A program made the translations under genes and the position numbers. A model generated the notes under the pieces. The model was not told the origin of the DNA. It was given only the letters and a program-made list of their open reading frames with translations, and made no database searches. Positions 27,455 through 37,000 of a stretch of DNA of 64,000 bases are shown in pieces; within the stretch, counting starts at the first letter, position 1; every line of letters starts with the position of its first letter. Source of the DNA: Chloroflexota bacterium (GTDB taxonomy: Bacteria; Chloroflexota; JAJPGV01); assembly GCA_021325635.1 (NCBI GenBank), contig JAJPGV010000039.1, forward strand, positions 23,668-87,667. The letters are read 5' to 3'.

Positions 27455-29397
27455 GCACCGTCAGCCGCGACGGCCACCACAGCGGCCGGCTCACAATCAA
27501 CGAAGACGCCCGACGCATGATCGACGTCGCCCGCGAGGAAGGCATCGAGACCGTGTGGGATCGTCTTCAGGCCCAGCAGCCCCAGTGCGGCTACTGTTCC
27601 CTGGGGGTCTCATGCCGCAACTGCTCTATGGGCCCATGTCGCATCGACCCCTTCGGGGCCGGACCGCAAAAGGGCGTTTGCGGCGCCGACGCCGACGTTA
27701 TCGTCGCCCGCAACCTGGGCCGAACCATCGCTGCCGGCTCGTCGTCCCATTCCGACCACGGCCGCGACATTCTGGAAGTCTTCCTGGCCACGGCCAAAGG
27801 TGAGACGACCGGCTATCGCATTGCCGATGAAGCGAAGCTGCTGCGCCTCGCCGCCGAATTCGGCATCCCCAGCGACGGTCGCTCGGTCAGCGACGTAGCC
27901 AGCGACCTCGCGGACCGCCTCTTCGAGGACTTCGGCAGCCGCAAAGAGCACCTGTCGTTCGTGGAGCGCGCGCCGGCCAAACGGCGCGAAGTGTGGGAGA
28001 AGCTCGGCATCGTCCCTCGCGGCATCGATCGTGAGAACGTCGAGATGCTGCACCGCACGCACATGGGCGTTGACAATGATTATGTCAACATCTTGCTCCA
28101 TGGCCTGCGCACTGGTCTGTCGGATGGCTGGGGCGGCTCGATGATCGCTACGGAGCTGTCCGACATCATGTTCGGCACGCCAAGCCCACGCATGTCCGAA
28201 GTGAACCTGGGCGTGCTTCGGTCCGACCAGGTCAACGTGGCCATGCACGGGCACAATCCCCTCCTGTCCGACGTGATCGTCAGCGCCGCCCAGGACCCCG
28301 AGCTGCTCGAGCTGGCCCGTTCCTATGGCGCTACCGGTATCAACGTCGTCGGCCTGTGCTGCACGGGCAATGAACTCCAGATGCGGCGTGGCGTGCCGAT
28401 AGCCGGCAACCACCTGATGCAGGAGCTGGTGATGATGACCGGCGCCCTGGAAGCCATGGTCGTGGACTACCAGTGCATCATGCCTTCGGTCACCGACGTG
28501 GCCAAGTGCTACCACACCCAGATCATCTCCACCGCCGACAAGGCCAAGTTCCCCGGGGCGACGCACGTGTCCTTCGATCCCCACCGCGGCGCAGAGATCG
28601 GGAAGCAGATCGTGCGCATGGCTGTTGAGGCCTATCCCAATCGCAACCCGGATCGCGTGCGCATTCCAGTCAAGCCGGTGCAGATGATGGCCGGGTTCTC
28701 GGTGGAAGCCATCCTCGGAGCCCTGGGCGGAACCCCCAAGCCCCTGGTGGATGCCATCGCCGGCGGAGCCATCCGGGGAGCGGTCGCCGTGGTTGGCTGC
28801 AGCAACCCCAAGGTTCCCCAGGACTATGGCCACGTGGAGCTCACCCGCCAGCTCATCGAGCACGACGTGCTGGTGATCGTGACGGGCTGCGCCGCTGTGG
28901 CCAACGGGAAGGCCGGCCAGATGCTGCCGGAGTCGGCCCGCATGGCCGGGCCGGGCCTGCGTGGAGTGTGTGAGGCGCTCGGCATCCCGCCGGTGCTGCA
29001 CATGGGCTCGTGTGTCGACAACAGCCGCGTGCTGGTACTGGCCGGGGCGCTGGCCAGCTACCTGGGAGTCGACATCGATCAGCTGCCCCTGGCCGGAGCC
29101 GCGCCGGAGTGGTATTCGGAGAAGGCCGTGGCCATCGGCGCCTACGTCGTCGCCAGCGGGGTCAAGACCGTGCTGGGCGTGCAGCCGCCGATCTTCGGCA
29201 GTCCGCATGTCGTCGACCTGCTGGCCAACGGGCTCGAGGGCGTCACTGGCGCGACCTTCGCCATCGAGCCCGACCCGGCCAAGGCGTCGCTGCTGATTCG
29301 TCGACACATCGAGGCCAAGCGCAAAGCGCTCGGCCTGCCATACGAGGAAGTGGAGGAGATGGCCCCGGCGGTCGAGGCCGTGGGGACCGGAGCGTAA
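27451..29397 (+). CDS. cooS: Anaerobic Ni,Fe carbon-monoxide dehydrogenase catalytic subunit
   Basis: B/D cluster motif CGYC..GVSCRNCSMGPC...GVCG; SHSDH proton relay; C-cluster ligands HGHNP, LCCTGNE, DYQC, GCSNPK, TGCA, GSCVD; catalytic Lys in SEKA. Confidence 0.97.
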   Translation: MSTVSRDGHHSGRLTINEDARRMIDVAREEGIETVWDRLQAQQPQCGYCSLGVSCRNCSMGPCRIDPFGAGPQKGVCGADADVIVARNLGRTIAAGSSSHSDHGRDILEVFLATAKGETTGYRIADEAKLLRLAAEFGIPSDGRSVSDVASDLADRLFEDFGSRKEHLSFVERAPAKRREVWEKLGIVPRGIDRENVEMLHRTHMGVDNDYVNILLHGLRTGLSDGWGGSMIATELSDIMFGTPSPRMSEVNLGVLRSDQVNVAMHGHNPLLSDVIVSAAQDPELLELARSYGATGINVVGLCCTGNELQMRRGVPIAGNHLMQELVMMTGALEAMVVDYQCIMPSVTDVAKCYHTQIISTADKAKFPGATHVSFDPHRGAEIGKQIVRMAVEAYPNRNPDRVRIPVKPVQMMAGFSVEAILGALGGTPKPLVDAIAGGAIRGAVAVVGCSNPKVPQDYGHVELTRQLIEHDVLVIVTGCAAVANGKAGQMLPESARMAGPGLRGVCEALGIPPVLHMGSCVDNSRVLVLAGALASYLGVDIDQLPLAGAAPEWYSEKAVAIGAYVVASGVKTVLGVQPPIFGSPHVVDLLANGLEGVTGATFAIEPDPAKASLLIRRHIEAKRKALGLPYEEVEEMAPAVEAVGTGA

Positions 29398-29402
29398 GCC
29401 AG

Positions 29403-30281
29403 ATGTGCGACGTCGACGAGCGGCATCAGCACGCGGTTGATGCCGCCATAGCAGGCGGCGAAGGGCTGCGCACGGTGGTCGTGGGCAAGGGGGGAGTGGG
29501 GAAATCGACGATCACCGCGCTGCTGGCCCGCATTCTCGCGCGGCGAGGAGCCCAGGTGCTGGCTGTCGACGCTGATGAGCAGCGTAACCTCGCAGCTACC
29601 CTGGGCCTCGCCGCCGCCGCCGCCGCAATCGTTCCCCTGGCCGAACAGGCCGACTACGTCGAAGAGAAGACGGGCGCTCGGCCGGGTGAAGGGTCGGGCG
29701 GCATACTGCGGCTCAATCCCGACGTCTCGGACGTCGTCGAGCGCCTGGGCGTTCCGGCGCCAGATGGCGTCCGCTTGCTGGTCATGGGCACGGTGCGCCG
29801 CGCCGGAAGCGGCTGCCTCTGTCCGGAGCACTCACTGTTAGCGGCAACCGTGGGCGGCATGAGCCTGCGCCGAGGTGAAGTGGTGCTGATGGATACCCAC
29901 GCCGGCGTAGAACATTTCGGCCGCGCGCTGGCCCGCGGCTTCGATCGGGCGCTCGTGGTAGTCGATCCCACCTTCAACGCCATGCACGTTGGCGTCGAAG
30001 CGGCGCGTCTCTCGATCGACCTCGGAATCCATGACGTCCGACTGCTGGTCAACCGCGTGCGTGGGCCCGACGACCTGTGCCGCGCTCTGGACAACATCAG
30101 CCGAGCGGGTGACTTTGCCTTCCACTCGCTGCACGCGCTGCCCTACGACGAGCTAGCCATGGCGAGTGAGCCGGCAGTCGACGAGCTGCTGCGCGGGTCG
30201 GATCTGGCCGGCGCCGTTGGCGCGCTGGCGGCCGAGCTGGTTCCGGCAGCCACCACTCCCATCCTCCAGGCGGTGCGCTGA
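29403..30281 (+). CDS. cooC: CODH nickel-insertion ATPase
   Basis: GKGGVGKST deviant Walker A, DAD..NL, GSGCLCPE Ni-binding motif, DTHAGVEHFGR. Confidence 0.93.
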   Translation: MCDVDERHQHAVDAAIAGGEGLRTVVVGKGGVGKSTITALLARILARRGAQVLAVDADEQRNLAATLGLAAAAAAIVPLAEQADYVEEKTGARPGEGSGGILRLNPDVSDVVERLGVPAPDGVRLLVMGTVRRAGSGCLCPEHSLLAATVGGMSLRRGEVVLMDTHAGVEHFGRALARGFDRALVVVDPTFNAMHVGVEAARLSIDLGIHDVRLLVNRVRGPDDLCRALDNISRAGDFAFHSLHALPYDELAMASEPAVDELLRGSDLAGAVGALAAELVPAATTPILQAVR

Positions 30282-31534
30282 TGCGCGCGGTGATTATTGG
30301 CACGGGTCCGGCGGGCATCACCGCCGCCCTCACCCTGCGGCAGCTCGATCCTTCCGGCGCGGTAACCGCGCTGTCGGCCGAGCCGTACCCGCCCTACTCG
30401 CCGCCGGCGATAGCCGACCATTTCCTGACCGGCCGCGATCAGACGCTGTACTGGCAGGGCAGGGACGTTGCTCAGCGCCTAGGCATCGAGGAGCGGCGCG
30501 AAGCTTGCGTCGCGGCGGTGGACAGCTGCAACCGCGAGGTCGTCCTGGCGGACGGCGACCGTATCCGGTACGAAAGATTGATCGTCGCTTCGGGCAGCCG
30601 GCTGCACGCGCCCTTAACAGGCGCGGAGCTGCCGGGCGTGTACGACTTCAAGTCGCTGCGAGTGGCCACCGAGATGATTGGTCGGGTGCGCTCCGGCGAG
30701 GTCAAGAGCGCGCTGATCGTGGGCAACGGCTTTATCGGCATCGAGCTAGCCCTGCTGCTGGCCGATCTCGGCGTCGACGTGACCATCATCGGCCGCAGGT
30801 CGTGGGTCATGCCTCGCGTATTGGATCCTGAGACCTCCGCCGTGGCCGAAGCAGCCCTGGAGGCGCGAGGCGTGACCCTCCGCCTGGGCCTGGAAGCTGA
30901 GGCATTCATAGGCGATGGCGGCGTCACCGGGGTGCGCCTAGCCGGAGGAGAAGTCGTCACCGCCGGGATGTACATCGCCGCCACCGGCGTGAAGCCGCAC
31001 GTCGAGTTCCTTGGCGGCTCGGACGTGACGGCCAGGTGGGGCGTGGAGGTCGACGACCGGCTGCGCACAACCGATCCCAACATCTTCGCCGCCGGCGACG
31101 TGACCGAAGCCGCCGACCGCCTCACCGGCGAGCCATACGTGCACGCCATCTTCCCCAATGCCGTGGCCCAGGGCCGTGTCGCCGCCCTGAACGCCCTGGG
31201 GCGAGACATACGTTACGAGGGAGCTGAGGCGATGAACAGCCTCAAGCACCTCGGAGTGCCCATCGTCGCCATGGGCAGCACCGACCACCCGGATGAGATC
31301 CTGCGCCGTCATGACGGCGCGGGGCTGCGCTCGATTTACCTGCGCGACGGCCAGATCGTGGGCGCGCAGCTCGCCGGGGACATCAGCGCCGCGGGCATCT
31401 ATCGCTCGCTCATGCTCCGCCGGGCGAAGGTGCGCCCGTTCGGCAAGCGCATCATCGAGCCCGGCTTCGGCATGAGCCAGATTGTTTGGGACGCAATGCA
31501 GCCAGGCCGGATCCATGCCTGTGCCGCAGCCTGA
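30281..31534 (+). CDS. FAD-dependent NAD(P)H oxidoreductase (FNOR, NirB/rubredoxin reductase-like)
   Basis: IIGTGPAG, PYSPP, IVGNGFIGIE, ATGVKP, IFAAGD; start overlaps the cooC stop. Confidence 0.9.
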   Translation: MRAVIIGTGPAGITAALTLRQLDPSGAVTALSAEPYPPYSPPAIADHFLTGRDQTLYWQGRDVAQRLGIEERREACVAAVDSCNREVVLADGDRIRYERLIVASGSRLHAPLTGAELPGVYDFKSLRVATEMIGRVRSGEVKSALIVGNGFIGIELALLLADLGVDVTIIGRRSWVMPRVLDPETSAVAEAALEARGVTLRLGLEAEAFIGDGGVTGVRLAGGEVVTAGMYIAATGVKPHVEFLGGSDVTARWGVEVDDRLRTTDPNIFAAGDVTEAADRLTGEPYVHAIFPNAVAQGRVAALNALGRDIRYEGAEAMNSLKHLGVPIVAMGSTDHPDEILRRHDGAGLRSIYLRDGQIVGAQLAGDISAAGIYRSLMLRRAKVRPFGKRIIEPGFGMSQIVWDAMQPGRIHACAAA

Positions 31535-32744
31535 AGCCGACCCGGTGGGACAGCCGGGAGCAAGTCCGGTGCGAATCGCCGTCCTGAAGGAGACCCGCCC
31601 GGGCGAACGGCGAGTCGCCCTGGTGCCCGGCACGGTCGACAAGCTGCGCCAGCTCGGAGCCGACGTCCGGATGCAGGCCGGAGCCGCCGAGGGCATCAGT
31701 CTGCCCGACGCGGCGTTCCACAACGTGGCCTTCGGCCAGGACCCGCGCAGCCTCGTAGGCGACGCGGACATCGTCCTGGCCGTTCAGCCACCGGCGGTTG
31801 AAGTGGTCAACGCTATGAAGCCAGGCGCGATCCTGATCTCCTTCGTCTACGCTGAAAGAGAGCCCGCGCTGGTCCAGGCTCTGTGCGCGCGGCGCGTCAC
31901 CTGCTTCGCCATGGAGCTGGTTCCGCGCTCCAGCCGGGCGCAAGCGGTCGACGCGCTTTCCAGTCAGGCCGCCCTGGCCGGCTACTACGCGGTGCTGCTG
32001 GGAGCTACCAAGCTCACCCGCATTCTGCCGATGATGACCACGGCTGTTGGCGCCCTGCGTCCGGCAACCGTGCTGGTCATGGGCCTCGGGGTGTGCGGGC
32101 TGCAAGCCGTCGCCACGGCTCACCGCCTGGGCGCCATCGTCGAGGGCTACGACGTTCGCCCCGAAACGCGGGGGGAGGTGCAGTCGCTTGGAGCGAGATT
32201 CGTCGACACCGGCATCGATGCCCGAGGTGAAGGCGGTTACGCCCGCGAGCTGACGAGCGACGAGCGCCAGCACGTTGCCGACGTACTGACCAGGCACATC
32301 CAGCAGGCCGACCTCGTCATCACCACGGCCGCCGTGCCTGGCCGGCCGGCCCCGCGGCTCGTCAGCCGGCCCCAGGTGGAAGGCATGAAGCCAGGCTCGG
32401 TCATCGTGGACCTGGCCGCCGAGGGTGGCGGGAACTGCGAGTGCTCGCGTCCCGACGAGGTTGTCCGGGTAGGCCAAGTCACCGTCCTGGCTCCCTCGAA
32501 CGTTCCCTCACTGCTGGGCGAGCACGCCAGTGAGCTCTATGCCAAGAACCAGGTCAACCTGCTCCAGCTGATGCTCCGCAATGGCCGCATCGACATCGAC
32601 TGGTCCGATGACATCCTGGCCGGCAGCGTGCTCACCCACGATGGGGAGATCAAGAACCGCACTGCGCGGCAGGCGCTGGAGCCGCGCCGGAGTGAGCCGG
32701 TGCAGGCACCCGACCACGTGCAGCCAGGGCTTGCTCGATCGTGA
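31515..32744 (+). CDS. pntAA: NAD(P) transhydrogenase subunit alpha, part 1 (domain I)
   Basis: KETRPGERRVALVP, DALSSQAALAGY, MMTTAVG, YDVRPE, GEGGYA, VDLAAEGGGNCE. Confidence 0.95.
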   Translation: MPVPQPEADPVGQPGASPVRIAVLKETRPGERRVALVPGTVDKLRQLGADVRMQAGAAEGISLPDAAFHNVAFGQDPRSLVGDADIVLAVQPPAVEVVNAMKPGAILISFVYAEREPALVQALCARRVTCFAMELVPRSSRAQAVDALSSQAALAGYYAVLLGATKLTRILPMMTTAVGALRPATVLVMGLGVCGLQAVATAHRLGAIVEGYDVRPETRGEVQSLGARFVDTGIDARGEGGYARELTSDERQHVADVLTRHIQQADLVITTAAVPGRPAPRLVSRPQVEGMKPGSVIVDLAAEGGGNCECSRPDEVVRVGQVTVLAPSNVPSLLGEHASELYAKNQVNLLQLMLRNGRIDIDWSDDILAGSVLTHDGEIKNRTARQALEPRRSEPVQAPDHVQPGLARS

Positions 32745-32754
32745 GGAGGCATTG

Positions 32755-33075
32755 ATGACGCTGCAATTGACAATCACTGGCTTCGTGGCCATCTACATCT
32801 TCATGCTGGCGGCCTTCACCGGGTATGAGGTCATCAGCCGGGTTCCGGCCATCCTGCACACGCCGCTGATGTCCGGATCCAACTTCGTCCATGGCATCGT
32901 GGTCGTGGGTGCACTGTATGCCCTTCTCAATGCCACGTCCCTCACCGAACAGATCATCGGCTTCGTGGGCGTCGTTCTCGGAGCGGCCAACGCCGCCGGT
33001 GGCTACGTCGTGACCATCCGCATGCTGGAGATGTTCAAGGTCAGCCATTCCCGGACCGGCGAGAAGGTAACGTGA
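32755..33075 (+). CDS. pntAB: NAD(P) transhydrogenase subunit alpha, part 2
   Basis: VPAILHTPLMSGSNFVHG, GGYVVT.RMLEMF; GGAGG RBS. Confidence 0.95.
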   Translation: MTLQLTITGFVAIYIFMLAAFTGYEVISRVPAILHTPLMSGSNFVHGIVVVGALYALLNATSLTEQIIGFVGVVLGAANAAGGYVVTIRMLEMFKVSHSRTGEKVT

Positions 33076-34496
33076 ACCTCGGCTGGCTGGTCGCCCTGGT
33101 CGACGTCGTGGTCGCCTTCCTTCTCATCTTCGGCCTCAAGCAGATGGCCTCCCCGGTCACTGCGCGATCCGGCATCGGCTTAGCCGGCGCGGGCATGCTC
33201 GCCGCCGTGCTGGCCGCTCTGCTGTATGTCCTCGATGTGGCGCCGGACGCCCAGCCACACGTGACCGCGAACGCGATTCTCGCCGCGCTCGCCCTGGCTC
33301 TAGGGCTGGGCTGGGCGTGGTGGGCCGGCTCCCGGGTTCCCATGACCGCCATGCCGCAGATGGTCGCCATCTACAACGGCATGGGCGGCGGGGCCGCGGC
33401 GGCGATTGCCGCCACCGAGCTGCTCGGTGCCGGCCAGGGGGCCAGCACTCGGCTGGCCATAGCGGTTGTTGGCGGTTTGATCGGCTCCGTGTCGCTGTCC
33501 GGATCAGTCGTGGCCTGGGCCAAGCTGGACGAGCGGCTGAAGCGACCGTGCCGAATCAAGGGCCAGCAGATGCTCAATGCGCTGGTGATGCTGGCTGCGA
33601 TCGTCCTTGGCTTCAGCACGATCCTCGTCATGCCGCGCAGCCCTGGCCTGGCGGCGCTGTTCTTCTTCGCAGCGCTGCTCTTTGGGGTGCTCATGACGCT
33701 GCCCATCGGCGGGGCCGATATGCCCGTGGTGATTTCGCTGTACAACGCCTGCACCGGTGTGGCGGTGGGGCTCGATGGCTACGTCCTCCAGAACCCTGCG
33801 CTGATGGTTGCCGGCACGATTGTGGGCTCAGCCGGCACGCTGCTCACCGTGCTCATGGCACGAGCCATGAACCGCTCCGTTCGCAACGTCCTGTTCGCGA
33901 ACTTCGGCGCGACCGGCAGCGCAGCACAAGCCGGTGCCGTGGGCGCTCTCAAACCGGCCGAGGCCAGCGACGCGGCCATTTTCATGCGCTATGCCCGCAA
34001 AGTCATCGTCGCGCCCGGCTACGGGCTAGCCGTCGCGCAGGCTCAGCACAAGCTCTACGAGCTGGTCAAGCTGTTGCAAGCCGCCGGCGTGGAAGTCAAG
34101 TTCGCCGTGCACCCGGTGGCGGGACGCATGCCCGGACACATGGACGTGCTCCTCGCCGAGGCGGGCGTACCCTACGACCTCATTTTCGAGCTCGATGACA
34201 TCAACGACGAGTTCGACGATGCCGACGTCGCTCTCGTGATCGGCGCCAACGACGTCGTCAATCCGGCGGCCCGCGTGGACCGATCGTCACCGATTTACGG
34301 CATGCCGATCTTGAACGTGGACCATGCGCACCAGGTCTACGTGATCAAACGCGGGCAGGGGAGAGGCTACTCGGGCATCGAGAATGCCCTGTTCTACGCG
34401 CCCAATTGCGCCATGGTCTACGGCGACGCCCAGGCCGTCCTGGTCAAGATGATTCAAGCCATCAAAGATCTCACCGCGGAGCCGCAGGCGGCGTGA
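33072..34496 (+). CDS. pntB: NAD(P) transhydrogenase subunit beta
   Basis: MTAMPQMVAIYNG, IGGADMPVVISLYN, PGYGLAVAQAQ, HPVAGRMPGHM, GANDVVNP. Confidence 0.97.
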   Translation: MNLGWLVALVDVVVAFLLIFGLKQMASPVTARSGIGLAGAGMLAAVLAALLYVLDVAPDAQPHVTANAILAALALALGLGWAWWAGSRVPMTAMPQMVAIYNGMGGGAAAAIAATELLGAGQGASTRLAIAVVGGLIGSVSLSGSVVAWAKLDERLKRPCRIKGQQMLNALVMLAAIVLGFSTILVMPRSPGLAALFFFAALLFGVLMTLPIGGADMPVVISLYNACTGVAVGLDGYVLQNPALMVAGTIVGSAGTLLTVLMARAMNRSVRNVLFANFGATGSAAQAGAVGALKPAEASDAAIFMRYARKVIVAPGYGLAVAQAQHKLYELVKLLQAAGVEVKFAVHPVAGRMPGHMDVLLAEAGVPYDLIFELDDINDEFDDADVALVIGANDVVNPAARVDRSSPIYGMPILNVDHAHQVYVIKRGQGRGYSGIENALFYAPNCAMVYGDAQAVLVKMIQAIKDLTAEPQAA

Positions 34497-34562
34497 AATC
34501 CCACCGCTTTCTCGCCACTTGCTCTCAATCGACCTTGCGCTGCCTATGAGGGGGAAGGTGCC

Positions 34563-34937
34563 ATGAATCTGTACCCGCTTCCACCGCTCGCTTCCGGCAG
34601 GGAAGCGCTCCTGAACATCTTCAAACGGCCACCCTTCGCGGAAGCCGCGGCGCGCGCGGCCGACCAGGCGGGGTTGAGCCCGCGCACACCCGAGATCGGG
34701 CCCAACAAGCTGGTCTCGCTAGGTATCGGCGCCCAAACCGTGGGCGTGGTCCAGACGGTAGACGCGAGCCAGGCACAGATGGTGGCCAGCAACATGAACG
34801 CCGACTACCGGCTGCTGGTCAACAGCAGCGGCGGCACAACCGAGGTGCAGCCGGTCATCGGGAACATCAACGGCCTGGCCAATTTGCACAACGGGATAGC
34901 CGACCTCTCCGGCTTCCATCCCCTGGGGTCTGTGTAG
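34563..34937 (+). CDS. Hypothetical protein
   Basis: Purine-rich RBS and coding-like GC3 bias; no family recognised. Confidence 0.55.
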   Translation: MNLYPLPPLASGREALLNIFKRPPFAEAAARAADQAGLSPRTPEIGPNKLVSLGIGAQTVGVVQTVDASQAQMVASNMNADYRLLVNSSGGTTEVQPVIGNINGLANLHNGIADLSGFHPLGSV

Positions 34938-35094
34938 CGCCGCTTCGACGAACGGGCGCGGCCTTTTCGATACGCCAACGGCCACGCAAAGTGGGGTGGT
35001 TGCCTCCGGCAACAAGTGTGCCGCTTTCGACCTTGCCGGTGCGCTGCCCGGAACCTATCCTGGTGTTGATTACGGAGCGAGGAGCAAGCTACCC

Positions 35095-35409
35095 ATGCGC
35101 ATGATGATGAAAGTCAGTTTCCCGGTAGAAAAGGCGAACCAGACCATCGCCGACGGCAGTCTGCCCAGGAACATGCAGGCAATCCTGGGCGAGCTGAAAC
35201 CCGAGGCAGCCTACTTCACAACCTTCCAAGGCAAGCGGACCGCCTTCGTCTTCTTCGACCTGCAGGACCCCTCACAGATGCCGTCCGTGGGCGAGCCGTT
35301 CTTTCTCGCATTCAATGCCGAAGTTGATCTCTACCCGGTCATGAGTCCCGCCGACCTCGAAAAGGGCCTCAGCGGAATCGAACAAGCAGTCCGCACCTAT
35401 TTCAAATAG
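35095..35409 (+). CDS. Conserved hypothetical protein (DUF3303/GYD-like small alpha/beta protein)
   Basis: LKPEAAYF...GKRTAFVFFDLQDPSQMP..GEPFF pattern; AGGAG RBS. Confidence 0.7.
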   Translation: MRMMMKVSFPVEKANQTIADGSLPRNMQAILGELKPEAAYFTTFQGKRTAFVFFDLQDPSQMPSVGEPFFLAFNAEVDLYPVMSPADLEKGLSGIEQAVRTYFK

Positions 35410-35439
35410 CTCGGCAGCCGCGGCTGCGATGGGCCGCGC

Positions 35440-36546
35440 TCAGCGGCCCATGAAGCTCGGAGGCGTAGGCCGTAGGCGATCGGGCGTCTGCGGCGGGCTG
35501 AGTTCATAGACGCGCAGGGTCTTGTCGTCCGCACCCATCGCCAGATACCGGCCATCCGGTGACCAGGCTGTCCCGTTCGTGTCATAGCCCACGTCGTCGC
35601 GAGCGATAAGGGCTCCCCCGGCGTCGAGGATCTTCAGGTCGAAGGACACCGAGGTGAGCGCCAGCAGCTTGCCATTGGGCGACCATGAGACCGTGCCCGA
35701 TTGGCGCCCCTTGGGAAGCTCGCGAATGAGCTTGGCGGTGGCGGGATTCACCAGCAGCAGCGCTCCGTCGTCGTAGGCGATGGCCAGCGTTTGCCCATCA
35801 GGGGACAGGCTCATGCTGTTCACCGCCTTGTGCGCGACATCCGGCTGGAATATGCGCACCGGCTTGGCCTGCCCTGCAGCGAAAAAGGCGACCCGGCCCG
35901 TCTCGTCACTGGCGGCGACCTCCCCGCCGGGCAGCCACAGCAGCGCCCGCGTCCTAACGTCCCCAACCTGGAAGCTGTCGACGAGGGTGCCGTCCTTGGC
36001 CTCGAACAGCTGCACCGTGTTTCGGCCTTGTGCGAGGGCGAAGCGTTGACCGTCGGGCGACCACGCCACGGATGGGTACGTCGTCGGATACGCGGTAACG
36101 CTGTATGCCACCTGGAGCGATTCGGGATCGGAGACACGCACGCTGCCGTCGCCCGCGGCCGTCAGCAGCCGCTTGCCGTCGGGGGACCAAGCCAGGCCCG
36201 TGGTCTGGCCCACGTGCAGCTTCCGGATCACCGCGTCCTCACCCGGCTGGAGCTGAAGCTTGAGCACGGCCACCGTGCCGTCCTCGGCGCCGATGGCCAG
36301 CCTGAGTCCGTCCGGTGAAAAGGCGACGGTCTCCACGTGATCCTCACCCACCGGCTGGCGGAGGATCTCCTTGAGCGATACGCCCGAAGCGCTTGGCAGG
36401 GCGGACCCGGCTGACGGCGCCTGACTGGCTGGAGAGGCCGGTGCGATCTGCCCTGGACTGGCCGAGCAGGCTGCCACGGTAAAGGCCGCGAGCACGCCCA
36501 CGGTCCAACGAACCCGCTTGAGCAAGCTAGCGCCGCGGAGGCTCAT
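35440..36546 (-). CDS. WD40-repeat beta-propeller lipoprotein
   Basis: Lipobox VAAC; repeated (W/F)SPDG..LA motifs, about seven blades. Confidence 0.9.
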   Translation of the reverse strand: MSLRGASLLKRVRWTVGVLAAFTVAACSASPGQIAPASPASQAPSAGSALPSASGVSLKEILRQPVGEDHVETVAFSPDGLRLAIGAEDGTVAVLKLQLQPGEDAVIRKLHVGQTTGLAWSPDGKRLLTAAGDGSVRVSDPESLQVAYSVTAYPTTYPSVAWSPDGQRFALAQGRNTVQLFEAKDGTLVDSFQVGDVRTRALLWLPGGEVAASDETGRVAFFAAGQAKPVRIFQPDVAHKAVNSMSLSPDGQTLAIAYDDGALLLVNPATAKLIRELPKGRQSGTVSWSPNGKLLALTSVSFDLKILDAGGALIARDDVGYDTNGTAWSPDGRYLAMGADDKTLRVYELSPPQTPDRLRPTPPSFMGR

Positions 36547-36664
36547 ACTCTACCTACAACCTAGGATAGGTCCATTTCGGTCCGGTGACCAGGCTGTCCG
36601 AAGCGCCGTCCAGGGCGACACGCGGCTCGCTCCTTCCCACAACCATGGTCGAGCGCACCGGAAA

Positions 36665-36680
36665 AGGAACCTAGGTCCCT
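36665..36680. promoter_or_regulatory. Near-perfect palindrome resembling a DosR/NarL-family operator
   Basis: AGGAACCTAGGTCCCT (one mismatched pair), about 60 bp upstream of the DUF2249 gene. Confidence 0.4.
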
Positions 36681-36741
36681 GACGGTCAGCGGTGTCCACG
36701 CTAGCGTGTGAAACGAAGACATGATTTCGTGGAGGGCGCAG

Positions 36742-36993
36742 ATGGAGCAACCACACAACACCGTCGTGCTGGACGTACGTGACGACCTACGAGAGGGCCG
36801 CGAGCCGTTCCAGCGGATCATGATGACCGCCAACAGCCTCGCGCCCGACCAGGCGATGGAGCTGTGGGCCCTGTTCGAGCCTAAGCCGCTGTTTGCCGTC
36901 ATGACGGGGATGGGCTTTGAATACGAGGCAGAAGCGCAGCCCAACGGCGATTGGCGCGTGCGTTTCTTCCGGTCGGGTCACGTGCAGGCGTAG
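36742..36993 (+). CDS. DUF2249 domain protein
   Basis: LDVRDDLREGREPFQRIM, FEPKPLFAVM, GDWRVRF. Confidence 0.85.
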   Translation: MEQPHNTVVLDVRDDLREGREPFQRIMMTANSLAPDQAMELWALFEPKPLFAVMTGMGFEYEAEAQPNGDWRVRFFRSGHVQA

Positions 36994-37000
36994 GATCCCG

